In this document: positions 1 to 48,640 of the stretch, piece by piece
Numbering within the stretch: the stretch's first letter is position 1
How the letters are laid out: every line of letters starts with the position of its first letter
Source of the DNA: Podarcis pityusensis
Taxonomy: Eukaryota
Assembly (NCBI GenBank): GCA_964106645.2
Contig: OZ067043.1
Reading direction: 5' to 3' (one strand)
DNA length: 64,000 bases
Program-made: the position numbers and the translations under genes
Notes under the pieces: generated by a model
Seen by the model: the letters and a program-made list of their open reading frames with translations, nothing else
What the model was told of the DNA's origin: nothing
The model's database searches: none

Positions 1-279
1 CTTTCAGTGAGCCTACAGCTGCAGAAATTTCAAAGTTGTGGGCTGCTGGATTCTTTGTTCTCATAAAGAGCTTTTCAATCCCTTCTTAAAATGTGTTTTC
101 CTTAACAGCAAAATCAAGGAGCACCCCCCACCCAGCATTTTCTAGAAGGTAAAGAGAGGGAGAAATATTATTTGAAGTACATGTGAGAAATAGAAATACT
201 ACAAGTCATTGTTTCAAAATTTTGAGGTTGGTCTCTACCATCATCATTTGGCACATTAGTCTTGCTGAAATTTACTTAC

Positions 280-35675
<35,396 letters not shown>

Positions 35676-35739
35676 GGCCGCCGCGAGGCTTGAAGGCTCT
35701 CCCGTCGCCGTCTATCCCAAGCGGGGCGGGAAGCGGCGC

Positions 35740-35844
35740 TCACGGGGCTCGGCCGCAGCTGGGCTCCACGATCCGGAAGAGACGCGGCTCCCTCAGAGGT
35801 AACGCTGGCGGTGGTGGTGATGGACAGCGGCACGGCGCCGCCAT
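35740..35844 (-). other. Candidate 34-codon upstream ORF starting in a YY1-type motif (AATATGGCG)
   Basis: aatATGG strong Kozak; MAAPCRCPSPPPPALPLREPRLFRIVEPSCGRAP*; stops 64 nt before the main ATG. Confidence 0.4.
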
Positions 35845-35853
35845 ATTGGAACC

Positions 35854-35863
35854 GTCACGTGAC
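35854..35863. promoter_or_regulatory. Palindromic E-box / CLEAR element GTCACGTGAC (USF/TFEB/TFE3 type)
   Basis: Exact 10-bp palindrome about 180 nt upstream of the ATG. Confidence 0.6.
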
Positions 35864-37203
35864 CTAGCCCCCCCTTCTCTCTCACGGCCACCTTGTGGAA
35901 CGGCTCTCGCTGCCCTGTCAGAGGCGGTGACGCGAGAGGGCGGGGCTTAACTTCGAGGAGGTGATGGGCGGAGCCAGGGATCCCAGCCGATGATGTGTCG
36001 CACTTCGCGTTGCCTTTTAACTCTCAGCTCGCGAGATTACAGGGTGAAGGCTTGTTAAATAAACACCTTGGACGTGTTTTGAAATGTTCGTTTTTTAAAA
36101 ACATTTCCGTACGAGTTCCATTCAGTTCCAAGATTTCCAGGATTCCGAAAAAGCGATTAAATTAATAAAACGCAATAAAGGAAGAAAGATTTAAAATGGC
36201 ATCAAAAGTTCCCAGAGAGGTTTTGCTGAGGACTAGTGGCATGAAACGCCCGAAGATGTGGGTTCGGATTCTGAACCAGAGAGATACAGACCTATGAAAC
36301 TGCCTGGCGCTGCTGGTACATTATATCTCATAAGGAAAGCTCAATGCACACCTTTTTAATAAACAAAAATTTAAATAATGCCGGGAGACTATGAGAGAGC
36401 AGCAGTTAGCCATAAGCATTGGGCCCTTCACATATTTCTGTACTACAATTCCCATCATCCATAACCATTGGCCTTTCTGGCTGGAGTTCTAAAAACATCT
36501 GGAGGTCACCAGTTTTGCTACTGCTGTGCTAAGAGGTTTATAAAATGTACAGCGTGGAAAAGGTGTAAGGTTGTGCCAAAGCATTTTGCTGCCTGAGGAA
36601 GACAACATGGCGCGGCCCCCACCTCCCGCCCCTGGAAAATACAGGTGCTCATCATCCTGGCAGTTGAATCATATTTCAACATCAATGATGGGGCCATAAG
36701 TTCCTGAGGGCAGCAGTCTAGCTTAGGGGGTGCAAGGCCTGCATGGCCTACATTGCTCTATCCTCCAACATCACACCAACTTCTCCCCCCTTTTCTCATC
36801 TGGCATCTCTGCCTAATAGTAAGGCTTGCCTGGAGCAATCAAAATAGAAAGAGCTCTTATTCCGCTGCTCACATAATGTTAGAATTAAAGAGTCTTCTGG
36901 TGAAACTGATTGGCATGGGAAGAATTACAGCAAAGCACTTCTTTACACAATTTATTTATGGAATTCAATTCACTGCCACAGGATGTGAATGATAGCCGCT
37001 GGTTTAGGTGGCTTTTAAAGTAGAATGTAGGCCAATGGGTCATGTGGCTAAATTGAAAGTTTATGGTCAGAACCACTATAGTCAGAAGACTACTGAGTAC
37101 CTGTTGCTGCAGGGCAATAATTGCCTTCCACCCCTGTTTGAGGACTTCCTAGAATCTGTCTTAGCACTGGGGAAAACAGGATGCTTGACTAGCAGTGTGA
37201 TCT

Positions 37204-37475
37204 GTTGTTGTTGTTGTTTAGTCATTTAGTCGTGTCCGACTCTTCGTGACCCCATGGACCAGAGCACGCCAGGCACTCCTGTCTTCCACTACCTCCCGCA
37301 GTTTGGTCAAACTCATGCTGGTAGCTTCAAGAACGCTGTCCAACCATCTCGTCCTCTGTCGTCCCCTTCTCCTTGTGCCCTCCATCTTTCCCGACATCAG
37401 GGTCTTTTCCAGGGAGTCTTCTCTTCTCATGAGGTGGCCAAAGTATTGGAGCCTCAGCTTCACGATCTGTCCTTC
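37204..37475 (-). mobile_element. BovB (RTE) LINE 3' fragment
   Basis: KLRLQYFGHLMRREDSLEKTLM...HGVTKSRTRLND, (CAA)n tail, 11-bp TSD CAGTGTGATCT. Confidence 0.9.
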
Positions 37476-40400
37476 CAGTGTGATCTACTCAGAAGTAATT
37501 CCACAAGATTGACTCCCAAGTGTTTATAACTGCAGTCTAAGGGGACTTTAGCTCTGATCCAGCAGGGCTCTCCTTATGTTTTCTCCTGACTCTGGTACCT
37601 GATGATATCCTTTAGTTAAAGATGATGATTAAAAGCATTTTTAACCCAAAACAGGGCCCTAGAGCAGCTTACAAATAGTAATGATTTGTAACACAAACCC
37701 TGCCCTCTGGCTCACAATCTGAGAGACACAACACAAAAGAAAAAGAAACAAAAGAAAAAAAAAAGAGGGAGAAGGGGAAAAAGTAAGCTCAGATATTAGT
37801 CCTTGTAGGGACTGGCTAGGATGAAGAGATTTGGAGATGAAGGGCCAAATGTTCCTGCTGGTCTCTCAGCAGAGCTGATGAGAAGATTCTGCAGTCCCCA
37901 AATAATAAGAGGACATTCCCAAACCTCAATATTTTTTTTCATGCCTGATGTAGACATGCAACCCAACACATCTGAAGAGATTACCATCATGCATGGAAAT
38001 TACATGTTGGTCACATGTTAATTACTATATGGAACAAACTTTTGTAATGTGAGTTTCTGTGTTGCGAAAAGGGAATACTGGTGATCATCCCAAGTGTTGG
38101 TCTAAAGAACATAACAAGGAATGTAATGCATGCTATATGCTAAACATGTTTTGACAATAACAACTTCTTAATAAGACTAGGGTCAGGTGTGTATGTGACC
38201 AAATTAAGCAAACCCTTTCTTTTTTTGCCTGATAGATTAGCATGTTATAATGTACAAAATGTCTACTATAGGTTGCAAGTTCATTGAAACTGTTCTTGAA
38301 CTTGTAGAGCAGGATTTGATCTTTCTTTACAAGTAGTGGAAAGAGATTAGAATAGAGATTTTGGGGGCAGCAGCATTTTAGGGATGCTCTTGTGATGCCA
38401 AAACCCAATGAAATGTTAACAACTTGGACATAAATTGTCCTGACAGTCACAGCTTTGTATAATTAACCTTTATTGGCTTGCCAGAATCATGCCTGTCAGT
38501 TTAATGCCAATCAAATGCCGAGGACCAACATCCCTGACCTGTCATCTTGCTGTGAAATCTGATGTACTGGAAGACACCCAACTTTTCCCTCTTGGTGACA
38601 CACAAAAGCCAAATCTGCGCAAACCTTTTCTTGCAGCTTTGCCTCAAAGAGGGGACCAACCAGTAGATGTTTTCATGTGGAACCCCATGAGAGGCAGAAT
38701 AGGAGCCCAAAGGGAAGCAAGGATGCAACCCAGTGTGACAGTAGGAGTAGGAAACCTCTACAATGTGGGCCAAATGAAGCTCTCCAGTTCCTCATACCAT
38801 TTTCCTAAACAGACTTATTCCACACACTTCTGAGGTACTTTTGTCTGTTTTCCGTGAACTGCGATGGTGCTTCTTGCTTAACTGGGTTGAGAGAGATGGG
38901 TGGGAGCATAGAAAACTATGGCTTCTGCACAGCCATATGGAGCCCACGGTACGAAGATAAGAGTCACACTTGCTGTTCCACTTCCCTATGCCTCTGACCC
39001 TGCTCTACACTAGCATGCAACTCCTGGAAGGTTCCCTACAAGAGAATGCAGATCTTGTGCTGGAGAACACCCTCTACAACTGTTTGTGATGTTTCCCCAC
39101 CCATTGTATAGAGGGCTATTTTTCAAACAACAACAACACTCATTTAAATCACTGCTGTGGTCCACTTACCATTATGAGGTCTGAATAGATAACTATGATG
39201 TCTCTGCAGCTGTTGCCATTGGCTGCAAACTGCTTGTGATGTCACAAGGAGAGGAAGAGATGAAGACAAAGAGGGGGGCTGGGATCTATAGTTTGTTAAG
39301 AGTCCTTAGAGTTGTTAGGAGACCCTTATTCCCCTCACAGATTGATTGTCAAACCACTCTAAGAATTGTAGCTCTGTGCAGGGAATAAGGGTCCCCTAAC
39401 AACTCTCAACACCATTAAAGTGTCTAAGATTCTTTGTGGGAAGCCATGACTGTTAAAATGGTATAACGGTGCTTAAAAATGTATGATGTGGATTTGGTGT
39501 CTGAATTTTTGGAGAGATTCTAGCTGTGCTTGAAATGGCTTTTCTCCACTTGAGGGCACCATTGATCTAGTTAAATATGTTAAAGTGAGGCATGTCGCTG
39601 CTTCTGCTTTATGCAACTGAGCTTTAAGTGCTTTAACCCATAAATTTCCACTGACCTCAGTAGTTTGTAAAGAGTGATCACCCATTCAAGAATAAATAGT
39701 GCAATAAAAACCCACTAACAGCAGCAGGATTACATTCTTAAGTAAAATGCGCTTAAGATTTCAACATGCATTCTTGTGTCTGCGCAAATACCAAGCCTAC
39801 TATGATCTGAGCAATAAACAAATAACAATAATTTGCAATTGCAGATAACAAGAAGTATCTCCTGTGAAATTGTGTATCTTCTTAGAAAACAAAGGAGCAC
39901 ATTCTGCTTTAGAAGTTATACAGGTACAATATGTACTGCAAATTCTTCCATAATGCTATATGCACCCAGTGCCATCTATCGTGTGTGAACAGCAGGAAGT
40001 CAAGGAGCAGCACTGGATGAAGTTGTAGATGCATAGGGTGGGTGGGGAGGTAAACAGGATGTATATCAGATTTACCCTTCAAAATTTCAGTCTGCAAATG
40101 CACCCTAAGACTTGATGGTGCAAGAGGCTTTTGTTTTTGCAGCTGCAAATTAAAATGGCTTGTCTGGAATTTGTCTTTAGCCTTCGTTTCCGCAGGTATT
40201 TCCACAAAGGTCTTTGAACAGAGGCATGATTTAGCAGCCTTTTGTAAGTATTGGACAACCACTTCTTTCATCTCTCTTCACAGCTGCATGGAAGACACAT
40301 AGCTAAATCCAATTCACGGACACGACAGGCAACTGAGTGTTCGTTTGATGTCATATACAAGGGAATTTTACACAAATCTAATCTGTTTTGCCATGTTGCT

Positions 40401-40535
40401 TTAATGCAGTGGTTTTGTTTTCCCACAGCATGTTTGAAACGCATGATGGGTTCGAATGCCCATTTGTTAAGAACATAGGGATCTACATTATAGTGAGTCA
40501 GAACATCCTTCCATTTAGCTTAGTAGTGTCTACAC

Positions 40536-40722
40536 CAGCCATGCCCAAAGTCCGTCTTGGGGGCCTAATCCGGCCTGCAGGTCATTTTAATCTGGCCCCT
40601 GTGAAAGTTTATTTCCCGGGGTAAAATTCTAAAAAAACCCCAAAGGTTGGCCTTTGGTCGGCCCTCACGGCCCTTCACTTCATCACATCTGGCCCTCCTT
40701 GAAAAAAGTTTGGACACCACTG
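40536..40722. mobile_element. hAT (Charlie-like) MITE
   Basis: Imperfect TIRs CAG...CTG and perfect 8-bp TSD GTCTACAC. Confidence 0.85.
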
Positions 40723-43049
40723 GTCTACACAATAACTGGCTGTGGCTTTCCAGGGTTTCAGGCAGAGAGTCTTTTCCCAACCCTACCAGGAGATGCTGGA
40801 GTTTGAGCATGGGATGTTCTGCATGCAAAGCTGATGTCCTGTCACTAGGGATGGTGAGGAAATTCAATTTTGTCTGGATTTTGGTGAGAAACTACCCAAT
40901 TTTCACTTACTGAACTAAGCGAACTGAAACAGCGATCTTTTGAAATTCACACTTCTCTGAATTTTGCAATGCAGTTCTTCAACCAGTATGTATAAAAATG
41001 CATTATAATAGGGAAATGTAAAAATGCATATATTGATGGAAATAACATACAAGAATGCATTATATTTGAGAAAATTCCTTGCAAAAATATGTTTATTAGG
41101 ACATATGAGGACATTAGCGCAAAATGCTGATGAATTTTCAGGAGGATTTAAAAAAAATAAATCACAAATTGCTACAGAGAATTAAATTTAATACTTGAAA
41201 AATGAGAAACTAAGGGAGACTGAAATTGACAGACAGATTTGCCCATTCTTATCTATTGCCCTTTTTACTGGACACGATAGTCTGCCACACCTACATTATG
41301 TTTGAAACATACATTAACAAACAATTCCTTGTTGATTCCATAAAATTTATATACCACTTGATTGTTAAAAAAAATAAGAAGTTCAAAGCCGTTGTTCTTC
41401 CTCTCTCTTAAATCTTGCAGAACAAAGCCACTTAAATAACAATATAACCAGATATTTACGAACAAGAAAATCATATCAAAGCTGATAACTGGGGGGTGGG
41501 GGGAGGGGAGTCCAACCTTTTTTGTGCCAAAAGCGAAGTCCATAAGTAGAAGGCAGTGTCACTCTGTTCCACATGCAGCTTCCCTCCCCCCCCCCCGATG
41601 TGCTGCCATGGACTTCTGTCAGGTCTATAAGATGGGCATCAGGCATCAGTTGAGCACCACAGAGCCTGACATTGTGCCTAAATCAGGTCCAGGGATCTTC
41701 CTTCTTGTCCTGGTGTGCCTGAAACCACGGATAGCCATGCTGCATTTTCTGTCAACTTAGTAGGGGCCAAAGCTGTAATTCACCACCTTCATGACCGCCC
41801 TGAGCCCGGTCTCAGCTGGGGAGGGCGGGGTATAAATAAAAATGTATTATTATTATTATTATTTTAATGCTTCCGGACGTTCTTTTCTCTCTGATAACTT
41901 TTTGTAGCTCATTCATGCAGCTTAGCAGACTTTGCCTTTCCTTCTCCCCAAAAGACTCTCAGTTTTATTCTGCAAAGTTGACATTAGTTGCCAGAAGCCT
42001 CTCACCGCTTTGTCAGTATGGCCTGGATTGTGAGGAAGTGATCTTTTTATTTCGAGTTTGCAGAGATGAGCCCATTTCTGCTTTTTTACTTCCTCTGGGT
42101 GCTTATGTCTTAATCCAAGACATTACTTGAATGGCGAATTCTCTTTCGCATATATGCCAGAATCTTTACACTGGCCCCAATTGCATAACCAGCTCTGCAT
42201 GCCCAGTGGTGCTTTTAAACTTGTATTTTTCCTTCAGACATCAGCACACTTGATGCTGCATGGAAAGCTGGTTATGAAATTTGGGGAAGTTTCAAATCCG
42301 TTTTTTGTTGTTGATGTATGGGAAGCTACTGCTGAATTAAAAAAAAAAATGGTTTTCAGACATGATAAGGGTTTTGTTTTTTTAAAACAGTGCTGAAACA
42401 AAAGTGCTGTATTTTATTTTTTTAAGGAAGCACGAACGCTACTGGTACCAGATTTATTTTTAAAAAGGAAAAGAAATTGTAGAAAGAAAAATGAAAGTAT
42501 GCATTCCTTTCTACAGCTGACACCCAACAAGATGAAGGCATGCTGGCTATCCTAGCCAGGAAAGAGGTTTTAATATGAGGGGTTTGATTTGTTTTTCTGT
42601 AGTTGAGTTTGTGGCATCACACCCCATGCTGGTTGCTAAAGCTGCCCTGAATTACTTCCAGTATTGCAAGACAAAATGTGCTGGGCAGTTTCACAAAAAA
42701 GTAGAACCCTCCTACATCACACAGGAAAGTGTTTTCTTGCCCCACAACTTTTACAGCACAGCATGCTCCCTTTTCCCCAACAGCTGATCTAAGAAGGCCT
42801 TGTAATTTGCATTCTCCGCGTTTCGCTTCAGCTCAAGTAAATCTCCCTGCTTATGTGCTTCCTGTGAAGAAATCAGCTGTAGGCTGAAACGTAAGGCATT
42901 GAACAGGAGGGATTCTGGCATATGACGCTCCTCACATTTGTCAAGTGTGCTTGGGTTGTCTCTCCCCTCCTCTCCATTCTGTTTAATCTGGAAGAACCAT
43001 CATATTGTGCTTTTTCTGCTATTTGAAAACAGACAGAACTATTAGGACA

Positions 43050-43170
43050 GATAAGAATGTAAGAAGACCCTGGTTGGATCAGGCTAAAGGCCCATCATAG
43101 TCCAACATCTCATTCTCACAATCAACAGCAGTCTCCCCACTTGTAATGCCAGCAACTGGTTTTCAGAGGC
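43050..43170 (-). mobile_element. CR1 3' UTR relic (host of the RTE insertion)
   Basis: Similar to 63116-63270 (aagaa...ggatcaggc...agtccaacatc...gcaactggt.ttcagaggc); resumes at about 44724-44760. Confidence 0.6.
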
Positions 43171-43959
43171 TTCTTCTTCTTCTTCTTCTTCTTCTTCTTT
43201 GATCACTCATAGCCAAGTAAGATTGTCTTCCATGAACATGGTTTTAACAGGGAGTCCGTAAGTGACTGTGGAGGCCAATTCTGGATCCACGTCCTTCCAC
43301 ATTGGGGACATAGGTTTCTGTGTGGGAGCTGATCACTGTGAGGGTTTGCCAAGCGTTCCTTCCTCTTAGCACGTTTCTCCCTTTGGTCCTGAGTTCGAGT
43401 GCCTTCAAAACCCATGACACCTTTGGTAAAGGCTGTTCTCCAACTGGAGCACTCACAGGCCAGTGTTTCCCAGTTGTTGGTGTTTACACTACATTTTTAA
43501 ATATTTGCCTTGAGAGAGTCTTTAAACCTTTAAACCTTTTTTAAAGGCCGGGACCACATAACACCGGTTCTGAGAGATCTGCATTGGCTCCCAGTACGTT
43601 TCCGAGCACGATTCAAAGTGTTGGTGCTGACCTTTAAAGCCCTAAACGGCCTCGGTCCTGTATACCTGAAGGAGCGTCTCCACCCCCATCGTTCAGCCCG
43701 GACACTGAGATCCAGCGCCGAGGGCCTTCTGGCGGTTCCCTCATTGCGAGAGGTGAGGCTACAGGGAACCAGACAGAGGGCCTTCTCGGTAGTGGTGCCT
43801 GCCCTGTGGAACGCCCTCCCATCAGATGTCAAAGAGATAAACAATTACCTGACATTCAGAAGACGTCTTAAGGCAGCCCTGTTCAGGGAAGTTTTTTATA
43901 TGTAACACTGTATTGTTTTTAACACTTGATTGGGAGCCGCCCAGAGTGGCTGGGGAAAC

Positions 43960-43996
<37 letters not shown>

Positions 43997-44720
43997 TGTT
44001 GACCACCAGTATTATGCTTTCCATTTTAAAGTTCAGAATAGAGTAGTTGCTTTGGAAGACGATCATCAGGCATCTGCACAACATGACCAGTCCAATGAAG
44101 TTGATGTTGAAGAATCATTGCTTTGACACTGGTGACCTTTGCTTCTTTCAGTACACTGGCATTAGTTCGCCTGCCTTCCCAAGTGATATGTAAAATTTTT
44201 CGGAGACACCGTTGATGGAATCTTTTATGAGGTGTTGGAGATGGCATTTATAAGTGGTCCATGTTTCACAAGCAATATAGTAAGGTTGGTAGTACAGTAG
44301 CTTTGTAAACAAGCATTTTGGTTTCCCTGTGAATGTCCTGGTCCTCAAACACTCTGCACTTCATTTGGGAGAAAGCTGCACTTGTGGAGCTCAGTCAATG
44401 GTGGATTTCGGCTTCAATATTGGCCCTTGTGGAAAGATAACTGCCCAGGTTGGAGAAGCGATCAACACTTTCCAACGTTACCCCATTGAGTTTGATTTGT
44501 GGCACTGCAGAGGGGTTGTTTTGTGCTTGTTGGTGCAGCACTTTGTTTTTTTTTTGGATGTTGAGTGATAGGCCAAGCTTTTTGCAAGCTTCTGCAAAGA
44601 TATTTAGGAGATCATCCTCTGAGTGTGCACACACTACATTGTCATCAGCATATTGAAGCTCTATGATGGAAGTTACAGTAACCTTATTCTTTACTTTCAG
44701 ACTACTCAGATTGAAGAGCT
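43171..44720 (-). mobile_element. RTE-clade LINE (non-BovB) 3' fragment, interrupted by an L2-like insertion
   Basis: YADD-region relic, PDDRLPKQLLYSEL, CPQCGRT...IGLHSHLRT zinc-finger end, (GAA)n tail, TSD TTCAGAGGC. Confidence 0.85.
43546..43996 (+). mobile_element. L2-like LINE 3' fragment nested in the RTE
   Basis: DHITPVLRDLHWLPVRFR...KALNGLGP...WNALP relic, (TTA)n tail. Confidence 0.85.
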
Positions 44721-44778
44721 TTATTCAGAGGCATAATGGATCCAACAGTGACTAGTAGCCATGTTTAGCCTTATCCTC

Positions 44779-44781
<3 letters not shown>

Positions 44782-44818
<37 letters not shown>

Positions 44819-44834
44819 GTGTGTGTATAAACAA

Positions 44835-44874
<40 letters not shown>
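44782..44874. repeat. Compound microsatellite (CT)n...(GCAA)n
   Basis: Direct read. Confidence 0.9.
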
Positions 44875-45940
44875 TGTGGTGGCCACCACTGCCTGTTGTG
44901 GAAGTGAATTCCATAGTTTACTATGTTCTATGTGATGAAGTACTTGCCTGTCCTAAATTCTTCAGTTTTATTGGATGTCCCTGTTGGTGGCCACACAAAC
45001 TGCAGGGTGTCAACAGCCTCACATTCTTATGTATATAGGAAGATATGTGTAAATTAGTATTGGGAGAGTATTTGTATTGTTGATGTGAGTTGGCAGTGTT
45101 TATTCTTTTTTTCATTTTTGTTACATTTGTAACAAAATACATATTTTTAAAAAGTAATTTTTCTTCATGCGCTCATATAGAGAAGCCAGGTGAAAGCACA
45201 GTGGATCCCTACCTTCACTCATTTAATACCTTTGCTCTTAGATAAGAAAACAGGAAACACCTTTAATCTGAAGTGTTCGGGAAGTCAATATGATGTCAGG
45301 ACTGCCCAACGAGAGAAGAACATCCCTATTATAATTCCCCATGTATGGCATACTTAGCAAAAGCTTTTTTTATCATCCTATCAAAAAGGAAATGTATTCT
45401 ATTTTAGCCATAGGCAACCACCAGGTGCAAAATCTTCTTCTTCTTTTTGTAGCTATTGTTTTCCAAAGGAAAACTAATTAAGTAAACGACAGCAACCATT
45501 AATAAAAAAAAATGCAGAGGAAGCATCCTGTCATCAAAAACTCCCCCTCCATGCAACAGCTTTTACAGGAAGGATGGAGAAACCCTTTCTTCTGCATGAG
45601 TGCTTGGAAGGGGAAACGTCAGCGTCATGTGATCAGAGGTAATTGTATTAAGACACCGGCCTTCAGCTAGTTGTTGAGATCCTAGAAAGAGGAACAGAAG
45701 AAGGTGTCCATCTAGCTTAGTATCATCCACACTTACTGGTGTGAGGTTTCTAATGGGACCTCTACCAGCTCTGCCTTGAGACACTGGCCTTGAACCAGAG
45801 ACCTCCTGCATGAAAAACAGGTGCTCTGCCACTGATCTGGGTTGGCATATGTGAGTGGTGCCACCAGGATTTGAGAAATAATATTGTAAGACAGAGAGAG
45901 AGAGAGCAATAAAATGCAGAGGAGGACAGAACTCATTTCC

Positions 45941-46175
45941 AGTGCAAGTAGATAAATAGGTACCATTGTGGCGGGAAGGTAAACAACATTTCTGTGCACT
46001 CTGGTTTCCATCACAGTGTTTGGTTGTGCCAGAAGTGGTTTTGTCATGCTGGCCACATGACCCGGAGAGCTGTCTGCAGACAAACACCAGCTTCCTCGGC
46101 CTGAAAAGCGAGATGAGCGCCCCAACCCCATAGTCACCTTTGACTGGACTTAACCATCCAGGGGTCCTTTACCTT
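45941..46175 (+). mobile_element. 5'-truncated Sauria-type SINE (variant subfamily)
   Basis: agtgcaagtagataaataggtacc... to ggggtcctttacctt tail, with extra internal sequence. Confidence 0.8.
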
Positions 46176-46892
46176 ACTTCACTTAGTAATAGTTGTAAAG
46201 AACAGAGAAATTATTGGTGGTAAGATCGATTTGACAATAAAGCCAAGCACCTAGAGGCAGAGGCTTGCAGGAAGGACTTTGCTTTTTATTAGAACACCAA
46301 GATCCACCAACCAGAGCCTAGTGTGAAAGGGAAACAATTTGAATCGAAGAATTCTGAGCCAAGGAACTTGTTTTGAGCACCAGGAGTGAACTGAGTCCAC
46401 CATCCTTCCACAAAGAATGAAACCAAGGTGACCTAAAAGTCCCCGTCCAAGTCTTATGAGTTGGAGGCACAATCTTCTACACCAGCCTGACAGACTGCAC
46501 CTGCCTAAATTCCCAGTACGGAAGATGGCAATCCTGCCTCCATGGTAATATAAAGTGTGCTGCAAATAAATAAATATTTGCACAATATACTTTTTTTAAA
46601 TGGAAAAGCTCACTATGCGCACGAAAGCAAGTTGTTTCATACATATTCAGTACCTGGAGTGAAACTTGCTCAATTGGTAGGCAGAGCCCTTGCTCAGCAT
46701 GTGAGCTGTGTTGCGTGTGTTCACTAAACGTATTTTTTTGGTCATTTTCGGTGTCTGTGTGGTCACCCTAAAATGCTGAGTCGTAGCTTGAAATGGGACT
46801 GATGGAACTTCCAAGTTGGCAGTTAAATAAGTGTACTAATAGTATGTTGTTCTGGAAGAATAGATACCTGTTTCTAAAGGTAGCCTTATGAG

Positions 46893-47140
46893 TAAAAGGT
46901 AAAGGGACCTCTGACCGTTAGGTCCAGTTGCGGACGACTCTGGGGTTGCGGCGCTCATCTCGCTTTATTGGCCGAGGGAGGCGGTGTACAGCTTCCGGGT
47001 TATGTGGCCAGCATGACTAAGCCGCTTCTGGCGAACCAGAGCAGCGCACGGAAACGCCGTTTACCTTTCTGCTTGAGCAGTACCTTCTGATCGGCAAGCC
47101 CTAGGCTCTGTGGTTTAACCCACAGCGCCACCCGCGTCCC
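46893..47140 (-). mobile_element. Sauria-type SINE with a 105-nt internal deletion
   Basis: Intact head and tail; junction at 47082-47085. Confidence 0.88.
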
Positions 47141-48032
47141 TCATGGGAGAGAGGCACAAAATGCAGAACACAGGAGACCAAGGAAAACAGGTAGCTCCAG
47201 ATATGAGAGACCAACAAGAGGAGCATCAACTTACTTTGCATTCCTTCCTGCTTCCGAAGAGGGTGATAATGAGATTTTCTGGCAAATACTTGACAGACCC
47301 TCATGCCTTTGATTATCAACCACCCACTTGTCTTAACATGTGCATTTTAGAAAAGATTGGTTTTGTTTCATCTTTTCTTTTCTCCTCTCATACACATATT
47401 TTACATGTCAGAATATTTATATACAGCATTCCCCCCCCTTAATTTTTTACATTAAATTTTCATAATTCAAAATGGTGATAATGATGTCGGTGATGTTTAC
47501 TTAATTAATCCAGCCCCATCCAGAGGGCCAGAATTGCAGGAAGGTGTAAATTCCTAATGGATGTGTATTCTCTTTTCATTTGCAGACTTCTGGACCAGGG
47601 TAGCCATTAATATTCATGTGTCCCAGGGCTTGTTTCTTATGTTATGCTTCTGTCTCCACAGAAAAGGCACTTATGTGTAAGTGTGATAATTGAATGTGGA
47701 CAGTCTCAACTTGAAAAGCTATGGCCAGTTGCTTTCTCTGTGCTCGGAAAGGGTCGGTTGTGAAGGGACTTTAAAGGTACAAAAGTGATGGAGATTTTCT
47801 GGATGAGAGGATGACATGCAGTTCTGCAAGTTAGGCGAGCGGCAAAGTCAGAAGCAAGCAAAGCTAGACGACTATCAACATATGGAAGGGAGTCTTTAGG
47901 TAAAGAAACCCCCCCACAAAACAATCATGAGGTTGAGAGGGAGGGGAAAGTTTCATTGGAAACAATGATGTCCCTTGCAGTGCCCATTTAGATCCTTCAG
48001 ACACATCTTACCAGAGGTATAATGGCTTATAA

Positions 48033-48640
48033 ACCACTTATAAACGCTATCTCCAACTCCTCGAAAGATTCCATCAATGGTGTCTCTGAAAAATTTTATA
48101 CATCACTTGGGAAGACAGGCAAACTAATATCAGTGTACTGGAAGAAGCAAAGATCACCAGTGTCAAAGCAATGATTCTTCAACATCAACATCATTGGACT
48201 GGTCATGTTGTGTGGATGCCTGACGATCGTCTTCCAAAGCAACTACTCTATTCCAAACTTTAAACTGGAAGGCGTAATGCTGGTGGTCAACAGAAGAGGT
48301 TTAAAGACTGTCTCAAGGCAAATCTAAAAAAATGTAGTATAAACACTGACAACTGGGAAACACTGGCCTGTGAGCACTCCAGTTGGAGAACAGCCTTTAC
48401 CAAAGGTGTCATGGGCTTTGAAGACACTTGAACTCAGGACGCTAGGGAGAAACATGCTAAGAGGAAGGCACGCTTGGCAAATCCACACTGTGATCAACTC
48501 CCACCCAGAAACCAATGTCCCCACTGTGGAAGAACGTGTGGACCCAGAATGGCCTCCACAGTCACTTACGGACTCATTGTTAAAACCGTGTTTATGGAAG
48601 ACAATCTTACTTGGCTACAAGTGATTGCCAAAGAAAGACG
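48033..48640 (+). mobile_element. RTE-clade LINE 3' fragment (same family as 43171-44720)
   Basis: RLPKQLLYSKL..., CPHCGRTCG relic; inverted relative to the 43-44 kb copy. Confidence 0.85.

Noticed and set aside
37800-42900. Scattered 60-120 aa intergenic ORFs as a possible hidden gene
   Set aside because: No recognisable homology and no chain of phase-compatible exons; lengths are as expected by chance
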